Source: the human T2T-CHM13v2.0 reference genome, Homo sapiens
Strand: one strand, 5' to 3'
Length of the DNA: 64,000 nucleotides
Assembly: GCF_009914755.1 (NCBI RefSeq)
Contig: NC_060933.1
Shown: in pieces, positions 53,195 through 64,000 of the stretch
Layout of the letters: each line of letters opens with the position of its first letter
How positions within the stretch are numbered: the stretch's first letter is position 1
Notes under the pieces: model-generated
Told to the model about the DNA's origin: nothing
What the model saw: the letters and a program-made list of their open reading frames with translations, nothing else
The model's database searches: none
Translations under genes and position numbers: made by a program

Positions 53195-56100
53195 AGAAAC
53201 TTCTCTGTGATGTTTGCATTCAACTCATAGAGTTGAACACTTCCCTTCATACAGCAGGTTTGAAACACTCTTTTTCTAATATTTGGAAGTGGACTTTTGC
53301 AGCGCTTTGAAGCCTATGATGAAAAAGGTAATATCTTCCCATAAAAACTAGAAAGAAGCATTCTCAGAAACTTGTTTGTGATGTGTGTATTCAACTAACA
53401 GAGATGAACCTTTCTTTTTACAGAGCAGTTTTGAAGCACTCTTTTTGTAGAATCTGCAAGTGGATATTTTGATACCATTGAGGATTTCGTTGGACACGGG
53501 ATATCTTCATATAAAATCTAGACAGAAGCATTCTCAGAAACTTCTTTGTGCTGTATGTCCTCAATTAACAGAGTTGAACCTTTGTGTGGATACAGCATTT
53601 TGGAAACATTCCTTTAGTAGAATCTGCAAGTTGATATTTAGATAGCTAGGAAGAGTTCCTTGGAAACGGGAATATCTTCATATAAAATCTAGACGGAAGC
53701 ATTCTCAGAAAGTGCTTTGTGATGTTTGCATTCAAGTCACAGAGTTGAATGTTCCCTTTTATAGAGCAGGTTTGAAACACTCTTTCTGCACTACCTGGAA
53801 GTGGACATTTGGAGCGCTTTGAGGCCTATGTTGAAAAAGGAAATATCTTCCCATAAAAACTAGACAGAAGCATTCTCAGAAACTTGTTTGTGATGTGTGT
53901 ATTCAACTAACAGAGATGAACCTTTCTTTTTACAGAGCAGTTTTGAAACACTCTTTTTGTGGAATCTGAAAGTGGATATTTGGATAGCTTTGAGGATTTC
54001 GTTGGAAACGGGATTACATATAAAACCTAGAGAGAAGCATTCTCAGGAACTTCTTTGTGATGTTTGCATTCAAGTCACAGAACTGAACATTCCCTTTCAT
54101 AGAGCAGGTTTGAAACACTCTTTCTGTAGTATCTGCAAGCTGACGTTTCAAGCGCTTTCAGGCCTATGGTGAGAAAGGAAATATCTTCAAGTAAAAACTA
54201 GACAGAAGCATTCTCAGAAACTTATTTGCGATGTGTGTTCTCAACTAACAGAGTTGAACCTTTGTTTTGATATGGCATTTTGGAAACACTCTTTTTGTAG
54301 AATCTGCAGGTGGATATTCGGATAGCTTTGAAGGTTTCGTTGGAAACGGGAATATCTTCATATAAAATCTAGACGGAAGCATTCTCAGAAACTGCTTTGT
54401 GATGTTTTCATTCAAGTCACAGAGTAGAATGTTCCCTGTTATATACCAGGTTTGAGACACTCTTTCTGCACTACCTGGAAGTGGACATTTGCAGCGCTTT
54501 GAGGCCTATGATGAAAAAGGAAATATCTTCCCATAAAAACTAGACAGAAGCATTCTCAGAAACTTGTTTGTGATGTGTGTATTCAACTAACAGAGATGAA
54601 CCTTTCTTTTTACAGAGCAGTTTTGAAACACTCTTTTTGTGGAATCTGAAAGTGGATATTTGGATAGCTTTGAGGATTTCGTTGGAAACGGGATTACATA
54701 TAAAATCTAGAGAGAAGCATTCTCAGGAACTTCTTTGTGATGTTTGCATTCACGTCACAGAACTGAACATTCCCTTTCATAGAGCATGTTTGAAACACTC
54801 TTTCTGTAGTATCTACAAACGGACATTTCAAACGCTTTCAGGCCTATGGTGAGAAAGGAAATATCTTCAAATAAAAACTAGACAGAAGCATTCTCAGAAA
54901 CTTATTTGCGATGTGTGTCCTCAACTAACAGAGTTGAACCTTTCTTTTGATACAACATTTTGGAAACACTCTTTTTGTAGAATCTGCAAGTGGATATTTG
55001 CATAGCTTTGAAGGTTTCGTTGGAAACGGGAATATCTTCATATAAAATCAAGACAGAAGCATTCTCAGAAACTTCTCTGTGATGTTTGCATTCAACTCAT
55101 AGAGTTGAACACTTCCCTTCATACAGCAGGTTTGAAACACTCTTTTTGTAATATTTGGAAGTGGACATTTGCAGCGCTTTGAGGCCTATGTTGAAAAAGG
55201 AAATATCTTCTCCTAAAAACCTGACAGAAGCATTCTCAGAAACTTCCTAGTGATGTGTGTACTCAAGTAACAGAGTTGAACCTTCCTTTTGACAGAGCAG
55301 TTTTGAAGCACTCTTTTTGTAGAATCTGCAAGTGGATATTTTGATACCTTTGAGGATTTCATTGGACACGGGATATCTTCATATAAAATCTAGACAGAAG
55401 CATTCTCAGAAACTTCTTTGTGCTGTATGTCCTCAATTAACAGAGTTGAACCTTTGTGTGGATACAGCATTTTGGAAACATTCCTTTAGTAGAATCTGCA
55501 AGTTGATATTTAGATAGCTAGGAAGATTTCCTTGGAAACGGGAATATCTTCATATAAAATCTAGACGGAAGCATTCTCAGAAAGTGCTTTGTGATGTTTG
55601 CATTCAAGTCACAGAGTTGAATATTCCCTTTTATAGAGCAGGTTTGAAACACTCTTTCTGCACTACCTGAAAGTGGACATTTGGAGCGCTTTGAGGCCTA
55701 TGTTGAAAAACGAAATATCTTCCCATAAAAACTAGACAGAAGCATTCTCAGAAACTTGTTTGTGATGTGTGTATTCAACTAACAGAGATGAACCTTTCTT
55801 TTTACAGAGCAGTTTTGAAACACTCTTTTTGTGGAATCTGAAAGTGGATATTTGGATAGCTTTGAGGATTTCGTTGGAAACGGGATTACATATAAAACCT
55901 AGAGAGAAGCATTCTCAGGAACTTCTTTGTGATGTTTGCCTTCAAGTCACAGGACTGAACATTCCCTTTCATAGAGCAGGTTTGAAACACTCTTTCTGTA
56001 GTATCTGCAAGCTGACGTTTCAAGCGCTTTCAGGCCTATGGTGAGAAAGGAAATATCTTCAAGTAAAAACTAGACAGAAGCATTCTCAGAAACTTATTTG

Positions 56101-59100
56101 CCATGTGTGTTCTCAACTAACAGAGTTGAACCTTTGTTTTGATACGGCATTTTGGAAACACTCTTTTTGTAGAATCTGCAGGTGGATATTCGGATAGCTT
56201 TGAAGGTTTCGTTGGAAACGGGAATATCTTCATATAAAATCTTGACGGAAGCATTCTCAGAAACTGCTTTGTGATGTTTTCATTCAAGTCACAGAGTAGA
56301 ATCTTCCCTGTTATATACCAGGTTTCAGACAATCTTTCTGCACTACCTGGAAGTGGACATTTGCAGCGCTTTGAGGCCTATGATGAAAAAGGAAATATCT
56401 TCCCATAAAAACTAGACAGAAGCATTCTCAGAAACTTGTTTGTGATGTGTGTATTCAACTAACAGAGATGAACCTTTCTTTTTACAGAGCAGTTTTGAAA
56501 CACTCTTTTTGTGGAATCTGAAAGTGGATATTTAGATAGCTTTGAGGATTTCGTTGGAAACGGGATTACATATAAAATCTAGAGAGAAGCATTCTCAGGA
56601 ACTTCTTTGTGATGTTTGCATTCACGTCACAGAACTGAACAATCCCTTTCATAGAGCATGTTTGAAACACTCTTTCTGTAGTATCTGCAAACGGACATTT
56701 CAAACGCTTTCAGGCCTATGGTGAGAAAGGAAATATCTTCAAATAAAAACTAGACAGAAGCATTCTCAGAAACTTATTTGCGATGTGTGTCCTCAACTAA
56801 CAGAGTTGAACCTTTCTTTTGATACAACATTTTGGAAACACTCTTTTTGTGGAATCTGCAAGTGGATATTTGGATAGCTTTGAAGGTTTCGTTGGAAACG
56901 GGAATATCTTCATATAAAATCAAGACAGAAGCATTCTCAGAAACTTCTCTGTGATGTTTGCATTCAACTCATAGAGTTGAACACTTCCCTTCATACAGCA
57001 GGTTTGAAACACTCTTTTTGTAATATTTGGAAGTGGACATTTGCAGCGCTTTGAGGCCTATGATGAAAAAGGTAATATCTTCCCATAAAAACTAGACAGA
57101 AGCATTCTCAGAAACTTGTTTGTGATGTGTGTATTCAACTAACAGAGATGAACCTTTCTTTTTACAGAGCAGTTTTGAAACACTCTTTTTGTGGAATCTG
57201 AAAGTGGATATTTGGATAGCTTTGCGGATTTCGTTGGAAACGGGATTACATATAAAATCTAGGGAGAAGCATTCTCAGGAACTTCTTTGTGATGTTTGCA
57301 TTCAAGTCACAGAACTGAACATTCCCTTTCATAGAGCAGGTTTGAAACACTCTTTCTGTAGTATCTGCAAGCGGACGTTTTAAGCGCTTTCAGGCCTGTG
57401 GTGAGAAAGGAAATATCTTCAAAGAAAAACTAGACAGAAGCATTCTCAGAAACTTATTTGCGATGTGTGTCCTCAACTAACAGAGTTGAACCTTTCTTTT
57501 GATACAACATTTTGGAAACACTCTTTTTGTAGAATCTGCAAGTGGATATTTGGATAGCTTTGAAGGTTTCGTTGGAAACGGGAATATCTTCATATGAAAT
57601 CAAGACAGAAGCATTCTCAGAAACTTCTCTGTGATGTTTGCATTCAACTCATAGAGTTGAACACTTCTCTTCATACAGCAGGTTTGAAACACTCTTTTTC
57701 TAATATTTGGAAGTGGACATTTGCAGCGCTTTGAGGCCTATGTTGAAAAAGGAAATATCTTCTCCTAAAAACCAGACAGAAGCATTCTCAGAAACTTCCT
57801 TGTGATGTGTGTACTCAAGTAACAGAGTTGAACCTTCCTTTTGACAGAGCAGTTTTGAAGCACTCTTTTTGTAGAATCTGCAAGTGGATATTTTGATACC
57901 ATTGAGGATTTCGTTGGACACGGGATATCTTCATATAAAATCTAGACAGAAGCATTCTCAGAAACTTCTTTGTGCTGTATGTCCTCAATTAACAGAGTTG
58001 AACCTTTGTGTGGATACAGCATTTTGGAAACATTCCTTTAGTAGAATCTGCAAGTTGATATTTAGATAGCTAGGAAGAGTTCCTTGGAAACGGGAATATC
58101 TTCATATAAAATCTAGACGGAAGCATTCTCAGAAAGTGCTTTGTGATGTTTGCATTCAAGTCACAGAGTTGAATGTTCCCTTTTATAGAGCAGGTTTGAA
58201 ACACTCTTTCTGCACTACCTGGAAGTGGACATTTGGAGCGCTTTGAGGCCTATGTTGAAAAAGGAAATATCTTCCCATAAAAACTAGACAGAAGCATTCT
58301 CAGAAACTTGTTTGTGATGTGTGTATTCAACTAACAGAGATGAACCTTTCTTTTTACAGAGCAGTTTTGAAACACTCTTTTTGTGGAATCTGAAAGTGGA
58401 TATTTGGATAGCTTTGAGGATTTCGTTGGAAACGGGATTACATATAAAACCTAGAGAGAAGCATTCTCAGGAACTTCTTTGTGATGTTTGCATTCAAGTC
58501 ACAGAACTGAACATTCCCTTTCATAGAGCAGGTTTGAAACACTCTTTCTGTAGTATCTGCAAGCTGACGTTTCAAGCGCTTTCAGGCCTATGGTGAGAAA
58601 GGAAATATCTTCAAGTAAAAACTAGACAGAAGCATTCTCAGAAACTTATTTGCGATGTGTGTTCTCAACTAACAGAGTTGAACCTTTGTTTTGATATGGC
58701 ATTTTGGAAACACTCTTTTTGTAGAATCTGCAGGTGGATATTCGGATAGCTTTGAAGGTTTCGTTGGAAACGGGAATATCTTCATATAAAATCTAGACGG
58801 AAGCATTCTCAGAAACTGCTTTGTGATGTTTTCATTCAAGTCACAGAGTAGAATGTTCCCTGTTATATACCAGGTTTGAGACACTCTTTCTGCACTACCT
58901 GGAAGTGGACATTTGCAGCGCTTTGAGGCCTATGATGAAAAAGGAAATATCTTCCCATAAAAACTAGACAGAAGCATTCTCAGAAACTTGTTTGTGATGT
59001 GTGTATTCAACTAACAGAGATGAACCTTTCTTTTTACAGAGCAGTTTTGAAACACTCTTTTTGTGGAATCTGAAAGTGGATATTTGGATAGCTTTGAGGA

Positions 59101-62100
59101 TTTCGTTGGAAACGGGATTACATATAAAATCTAGAGAGAAGCATTCTCAGGAACTTCTTTGTGATGTTTGCATTCACGTCACAGAACTGAACATTCCCTT
59201 TCATAGAGCATGTTTGAAACACTCTTTCTGTAGTATCTACAAACGGACATTTCAAACGCTTTCAGGCCTATGGTGAGAAAGGAAATATCTTCAAATAAAA
59301 ACTAGACAGAAGCATTCTCAGAAACTTATTTGCGATGTGTGTCCTCAACTAACAGAGTTGAACCTTTCTTTTGATACAACATTTTGGAAACACTCTTTTT
59401 GTAGAATCTGCAAGTGGATATTTGAATAGCTTTGAAGGTTTCGTTGGAAACGGGAATATCTTCATATAAAATCAAGACAGAAGCATTCTCAGAAACTTCT
59501 CTGTGATGTTTGCATTCAACTCATAGAGTTGAACACTTCCCTTCATACAGCAGGTTTGAAACACTCTTTTTGTAACATTTGGAAGTGGACATTTGCAGCG
59601 CTTTGAGGCCTATGTTGAAAAAGGAAATATCTTCTCCTAAAAACCAGACAGAAGCATTCTCAGAAACTTCCTTGTGATGTGTGTACTCAAGTAACAGAGT
59701 TGAACCTTCCTTTTGACAGAGCAGTTTTGAAGCACTCTTTTTGTAGAATCTGCAAGTGGATATTTTGATACCTTTGAGGATTTCGTTGGACACGGGATAT
59801 CTTCATATAAAATCTAGACAGAAGCATTCTCAGAAACTTCTTTGTGCTGTATGTCCTCAATTAACAGAGTTGAACCTTTGTGTGGATACAGCATTTTGGA
59901 AACATTCCTTTAGTAGAATCTGCAAGTTGATATTTAGATAGCTAGGAAGATTTCCTTGGAAACGGGAATATCTTCATATAAAATCTAGACGGAAGCATTC
60001 TCAGAAAGTGCTTTGTGATGTTTGCATTCAAGTCACAGAGTTGAATATTCCCTTTTATAGAGCAGGTTTGAAACACTCTTTCTGCACTACCTGGAAGTGG
60101 ACATTTGGAGCGCTTTGAGGCCTATGTTGAAAAAGGAAATATCTTCCCATAAAAACTAGACAGAAGCATTCTCAGAAACTTGTTTGTGATGTGTGTATTC
60201 AACTAACAGAGATGAACCTTTCTTTTTACAGAGCAGTTTTGAAACACTCTTTTTGTGGAATCTGAAAGTGGATATTTGGATAGCTTTGAGGATTTCGTTG
60301 GAAACGGGATTACATATAAAACCTAGAGAGAAGCATTCTCAGGAACTTCTTTGTGATGTTTGCCTTCAAGTCACAGGACTGAACATTCCCTTTCATAGAG
60401 CAGGTTTGAAACACTCTTTCTGTAGTATCTGCAAGCTGACGTTTCAAGCGCTTTCAGGCCTATGGTGAGAAAGGAAATATCTTCAAGTAAAAACTAGACA
60501 GAAGCATTCTCAGAAACTTATTTGCCATGTGTGTTCTCAACTAACAGAGTTGAACCTTTGTTTTGATACGGCATTTTGGAAACACTCTTTTTGTAGAATC
60601 TGCAGGTGGATATTCGGATAGCTTTGAAGGTTTCGTTGGAAACGGGAATAAATCTGCAGGTGGATATTCGGATAGCTTTGAAGGTTTCGTTGGAAACGGG
60701 AATATCATCATATAAAATCTTGACGGAAGCATTCTCAGAAACTGCTTTGTGATGTTTTCATTCAAGTCACAGAGTAGAATCTTCCCTGTTATATACCAGG
60801 TTTCAGACACTCTTTCTGCACTACCTGGAAGTGGACATTTGCAGCGCTTTGAGGCCTATGATGAAAAAGGAAATATCTTCCCATAAAAACTAGACAGAAG
60901 CATTCTCAGAAACTTGTTTGTGATGTGTGTATTCAACTAACAGAGATGAACCTTTCTTTTTACAGAGCAGTTTTGAAACACTCTTTTTGTGGAATCTGAA
61001 AGTGGATATTTGGATAGCTTTGAGGATTTCGTTGGAAACGGGATTACATATAAAATCTAGAGAGAAGCATTCTCAGGAACTTCTTTGTGATGTTTGCATT
61101 CACGTCACAGAACTGAACATTCCCTTTCATAGAGCATGTTTGAAACACTCTTTCTGTAGTATCTGCAAACGGACATTTCAAACGCTTTCAGGCCTATGGT
61201 GAGAAAGGAAATATCTTCAAATAAAAACTAGACAGAAGCATTCTCAGAAACTTATTTGCGATGTGTGTCCTCAACTAACAGAGTTGAACCTTTCTTTTGA
61301 TACAACATTTTGGAAACACTCTTTTTGTGGAATCTGCAAGTGGATATTTGGATAGCTTTGAAGGTTTCGTTGGAAACGGGAATATCTTCATATAAAATCA
61401 AGACAGAAGCATTCTCAGAAACTTCTCTGTGATGTTTGCATTCAACTCATAGAGTTGAACACTTCCCTTCATACAGCAGGTTTGAAACACTCTTTTTCTA
61501 ATATTTGGAAGTGGACTTTTGCAGCTCTTTGAGGCCTATGATGAAAAAGGTAATATCTTCCCATAAAAACTAGAAAGAAGCATTCTCAGAAACTTGTTTG
61601 TGATGTGTGTATTCAACTAACAGAGATGAACCTTTCTTTTTACAGAGCAGTTTTGAAGCACTCTTTTTGTAGAATCTGCAAGTGGATATTTTGATACCAT
61701 TGAGGATTTCGTTGGACACGGGATATCTTCATATAAAATCTAGACAGAAGCATTCTCAGAAACTTCTTTGTGCTGTATGTCCTCAATTAACAGAGTTGAA
61801 CCTTTGTGTGGATACAGCATTTTGGAAACATTCCTTTAGTAGAATCTGCAAGTTGATATTTAGATAGCTAGGAAGAGTTCCCTGGAAACGGGAATATCTT
61901 CATATAAAATCTAGACGGAAGCATTCTCAGAAAGTGCTTTGTGATGTTTGCATTCAAGTCACAGAGTTGAATGTTCCCTTTTATAGAGCAGGTTTGAAAC
62001 ACTCTTTCTGCACTACCTGGAAGTGGACATTTGGAGCGCTTTGAGGCCTATGTTGAAAAAGGAAATATCTTCCCATAAAAACTAGACAGAAGCATTCTCA

Positions 62101-64000
62101 GAAACTTGTTTGTGATGTGTGTATTCAACTAACAGAGATGAACCTTTCTTTTTACAGAGCAGTTTTGAAACACTCTTTTTGTGGAATCTGAAAGTGGATA
62201 TTTGGATAGCTTTGAGGATTTCGTTGGAAACGGGATTACATATAAAACCTAGAGAGAAGCATTCTCAGGAACTTCTTTGTGATGTTTGCATTCAAGTCAC
62301 AGAACTGAACATTCCCTTTCATAGAGCAGGTTTGAAACACTCTTTCGGTAGTATCTGCAAGCTGACGTTTCAAGCGCTTTCAGGCCTATGGTGAGAAAGG
62401 AAATATCTTCAAGTAAAAACTAGACAGAAGCATTCTCAGAAACTTATTTGCGATGTGTGTTCTCAACTAACAGAGTTGAACCTTTGTTTTGATATGGCAT
62501 TTTGGAAACACTCTTTTTGTAGAATCTGCAGGTGGATATTCGGATAGCTTTGAAGGTTTCGTTGGAAACGGGAATATCTTCATATAAAATCTAGACGGAA
62601 GCATTCTCAGAAACTGCTTTGTGATGTTTTCATTCAAGTCACAGAGTAGAATGTTCCCTGTTATATACCAGGTTTGAGACACTCTTTCTGCACTACCTGG
62701 AAGTGGACATTTGCAGCGCTTTGAGGCCTATGATGAAAAAGGAAATATCTTCCCATAAAAACTAGACAGAAGCATTCTCAGAAACTTGTTTGTGATGTGT
62801 GTATTCAACTAACAGAGATGAACCTTTCTTTTTACAAAGCAGTTTTGAAACACTCTTTTTGTGGAATCTGAAAGTGGATATTTGGATAGCTTTGAGGATT
62901 TCGTTGGAAACGGGATTACATATAAAATCTAGAGAGAAGCATTCTCAGGAACTTCTTTGTGATGTTTGCATTCACGTCACAGAACTGAACATTCCCTTTC
63001 ATAGAGCATGTTTGAAACACTCTTTCTGTAGTATCTGCAAACGGACATTTCAAACGCTTTCAGGCCTATGGTGAGAAAGGAAATATCTTCAAATAAAAAC
63101 TAGACAGAAGCATTCTCAGAAACTTATTTGCGATGTGTGTCCTCAACTAACAGAGTTGAACCTTTCTTTTGATACAACATTTTGGAAACACTCTTTTTGT
63201 AGAATCTGCAAGTGGATATTTGAATAGCTTTGAAGGTTTCGTTGGAAACGGGAATATCTTCATATAAAATCAAGACAGAAGCATTCTCAGAAACTTCTCT
63301 GTGATGTTTGCATTCAACTCATAGAGTTGAACACTTCCCTTCATACAGCAGGTTTGAAACACTCTTTTTGTAACATTTGGAAGTGGACATTTGCAGCGCT
63401 TTGAGGCCTATGTTGAAAAAGGAAATATCTTCTCCTAAAAACCAGACAGAAGCATTCTCAGAAACTTCCTTGTGATGTGTGTACTCAAGTAACAGAGTTG
63501 AACCTTCCTTTTGACAGAGCAGTTTTGAAGCACTCTTTTTGTAGAATCTGCAAGTGGATATTTTGATACCTTTGAGGATTTCGTTGGACACGGGATATCT
63601 TCATATAAAATCTAGACAGAAGCATTCTCAGAAACTTCTTTGTGCTGTATGTCCTCAATTAACAGAGTTGAACCTTTGTGTGGATACAGCATTTTGGAAA
63701 CATTCCTTTAGTAGAATCTGCAAGTTGATATTTAGATAGCTAGGAAGATTTCCTTGGAAACGGGAATATCTTCATATAAAATCTAGACGGAAGCATTCTC
63801 AGAAAGTGCTTTGTGATGTTTGCATTCAAGTCACAGAGTTGAATATTCCCTTTTATAGAGCAGGTTTGAAACACTCTTTCTGCACTACCTGGAAGTGGAC
63901 ATTTGGAGCGCTTTGAGGCCTATGTTGAAAAAGGAAATATCTTCCCATAAAAACTAGACAGAAGCATTCTCAGAAACTTGTTTGTGATGTGTGTATTCAA
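53195..64000 (+). repeat. Block repeated at -53194 bp (right copy, open at window end)
   Basis: Shares AAAACCTGACAG, TCCTAGTGAT, ACCTGAAAGT, CAGACAATC and TTCAAAGAAAA with 1-10806. Confidence 0.88.
60597..60704 (+). repeat. 2 x 54-bp duplication with twin CENP-B boxes (third occurrence)
   Basis: Same junction GGGAATAAATCTGC; offset 53194 from the first. Confidence 0.97.

Larger units (their letters stand above)
1..64000 (+). repeat. Alpha-satellite HOR array, SF2-like A/B dimeric monomers; probably a live D4Z1-type (alternatively D9Z4) centromeric array
   Basis: AGCATTCTCAGAAAC recurs every 169-171 bp across the window. CENP-B boxes (TTTCGTTGGAAACGGGA) sit in alternate monomers, and HOR copies are near-identical. 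Unit sizes 1192/1872/2552/3232 bp = 512 + n x 680. The alpha-satellite call is certain; the chromosome assignment is recalled (D4Z1 ~3.2-kb 19-mer, D9Z4 7/11-mer) and much less certain. Confidence 0.99.

Noticed and set aside
266-63739. About 170 short ORFs (MDILIP..., MYSTNR..., MSQTWY..., MSNEIL...) on both strands, some Cys/His-rich
   Set aside because: They are chance open frames in alpha-satellite, recurring with the monomer/HOR period, many with GTG/TTG starts. Stops are gained and lost freely and there is no recognisable domain. Used only as positional markers.
1-64000. CRISPR-like regular spacing of AGAAGCATTCTCAGAAAC
   Set aside because: The intervening sequences are homologous monomer bodies, not unique spacers; there is no leader and no cas gene.
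1-64000. L1/Alu insertion, inversion or non-alphoid island
   Set aside because: All HOR intervals are explained by 512 + n x 680 (+54 or -1) and orientation is constant, leaving no room for foreign sequence.
1-64000. Assignment to D13Z1/D21Z1 because of the 680-bp and 1.87-kb periods
   Set aside because: I saw no periodic EcoRI (GAATTC) site typical of alphaRI-680, and the monomers do not match my recollection of the chr21 11-mer. An HMM or BLAST search is needed to settle the chromosome.
1-64000. Calling this the kinetochore (CDR/CENP-A) site
   Set aside because: That is epigenetically defined and cannot be read from sequence; homogeneity and box density only indicate a live-type array.

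Overview
The whole 64 kb is primate (human-type) centromeric alpha-satellite: about 375 head-to-tail ~171-bp monomers in one orientation, with no inversion, transposon, RNA gene or credible protein-coding gene. Monomers alternate between CENP-B-box (B) and pJalpha-box (A) types, as in suprachromosomal family 2. They form higher-order repeats (HORs) made of one 512-bp trimer plus n 680-bp tetramers. Using the once-per-HOR marker TATTTTGATACC(A/T)TTGAGG (the 'MDILIP' ORFs), the 29 complete intervals are 13 x 1872 bp (11-mer), 3 x 1926 bp (11-mer + 54 bp), 8 x 2552 bp and 2 x 2551 bp (15-mer), 2 x 3232 bp (19-mer) and 1 x 1192 bp (7-mer). This fits the D4Z1/D9Z4 family; chr4 D4Z1 is my tentative preference, from recall rather than a search. 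All listed ORFs are repeat artefacts, and I found no new gene system. The interesting content is architectural: a hidden 26-mer (4424 bp) unit of two alternating HOR haplotypes; nested duplications at periods of 2552, 8848, 20301/19621 and 53194 bp with mappable crossover points; a 54-bp duplication that gives one monomer two CENP-B boxes; several CENP-B-box-inactivating variants; and conversion-like patches.
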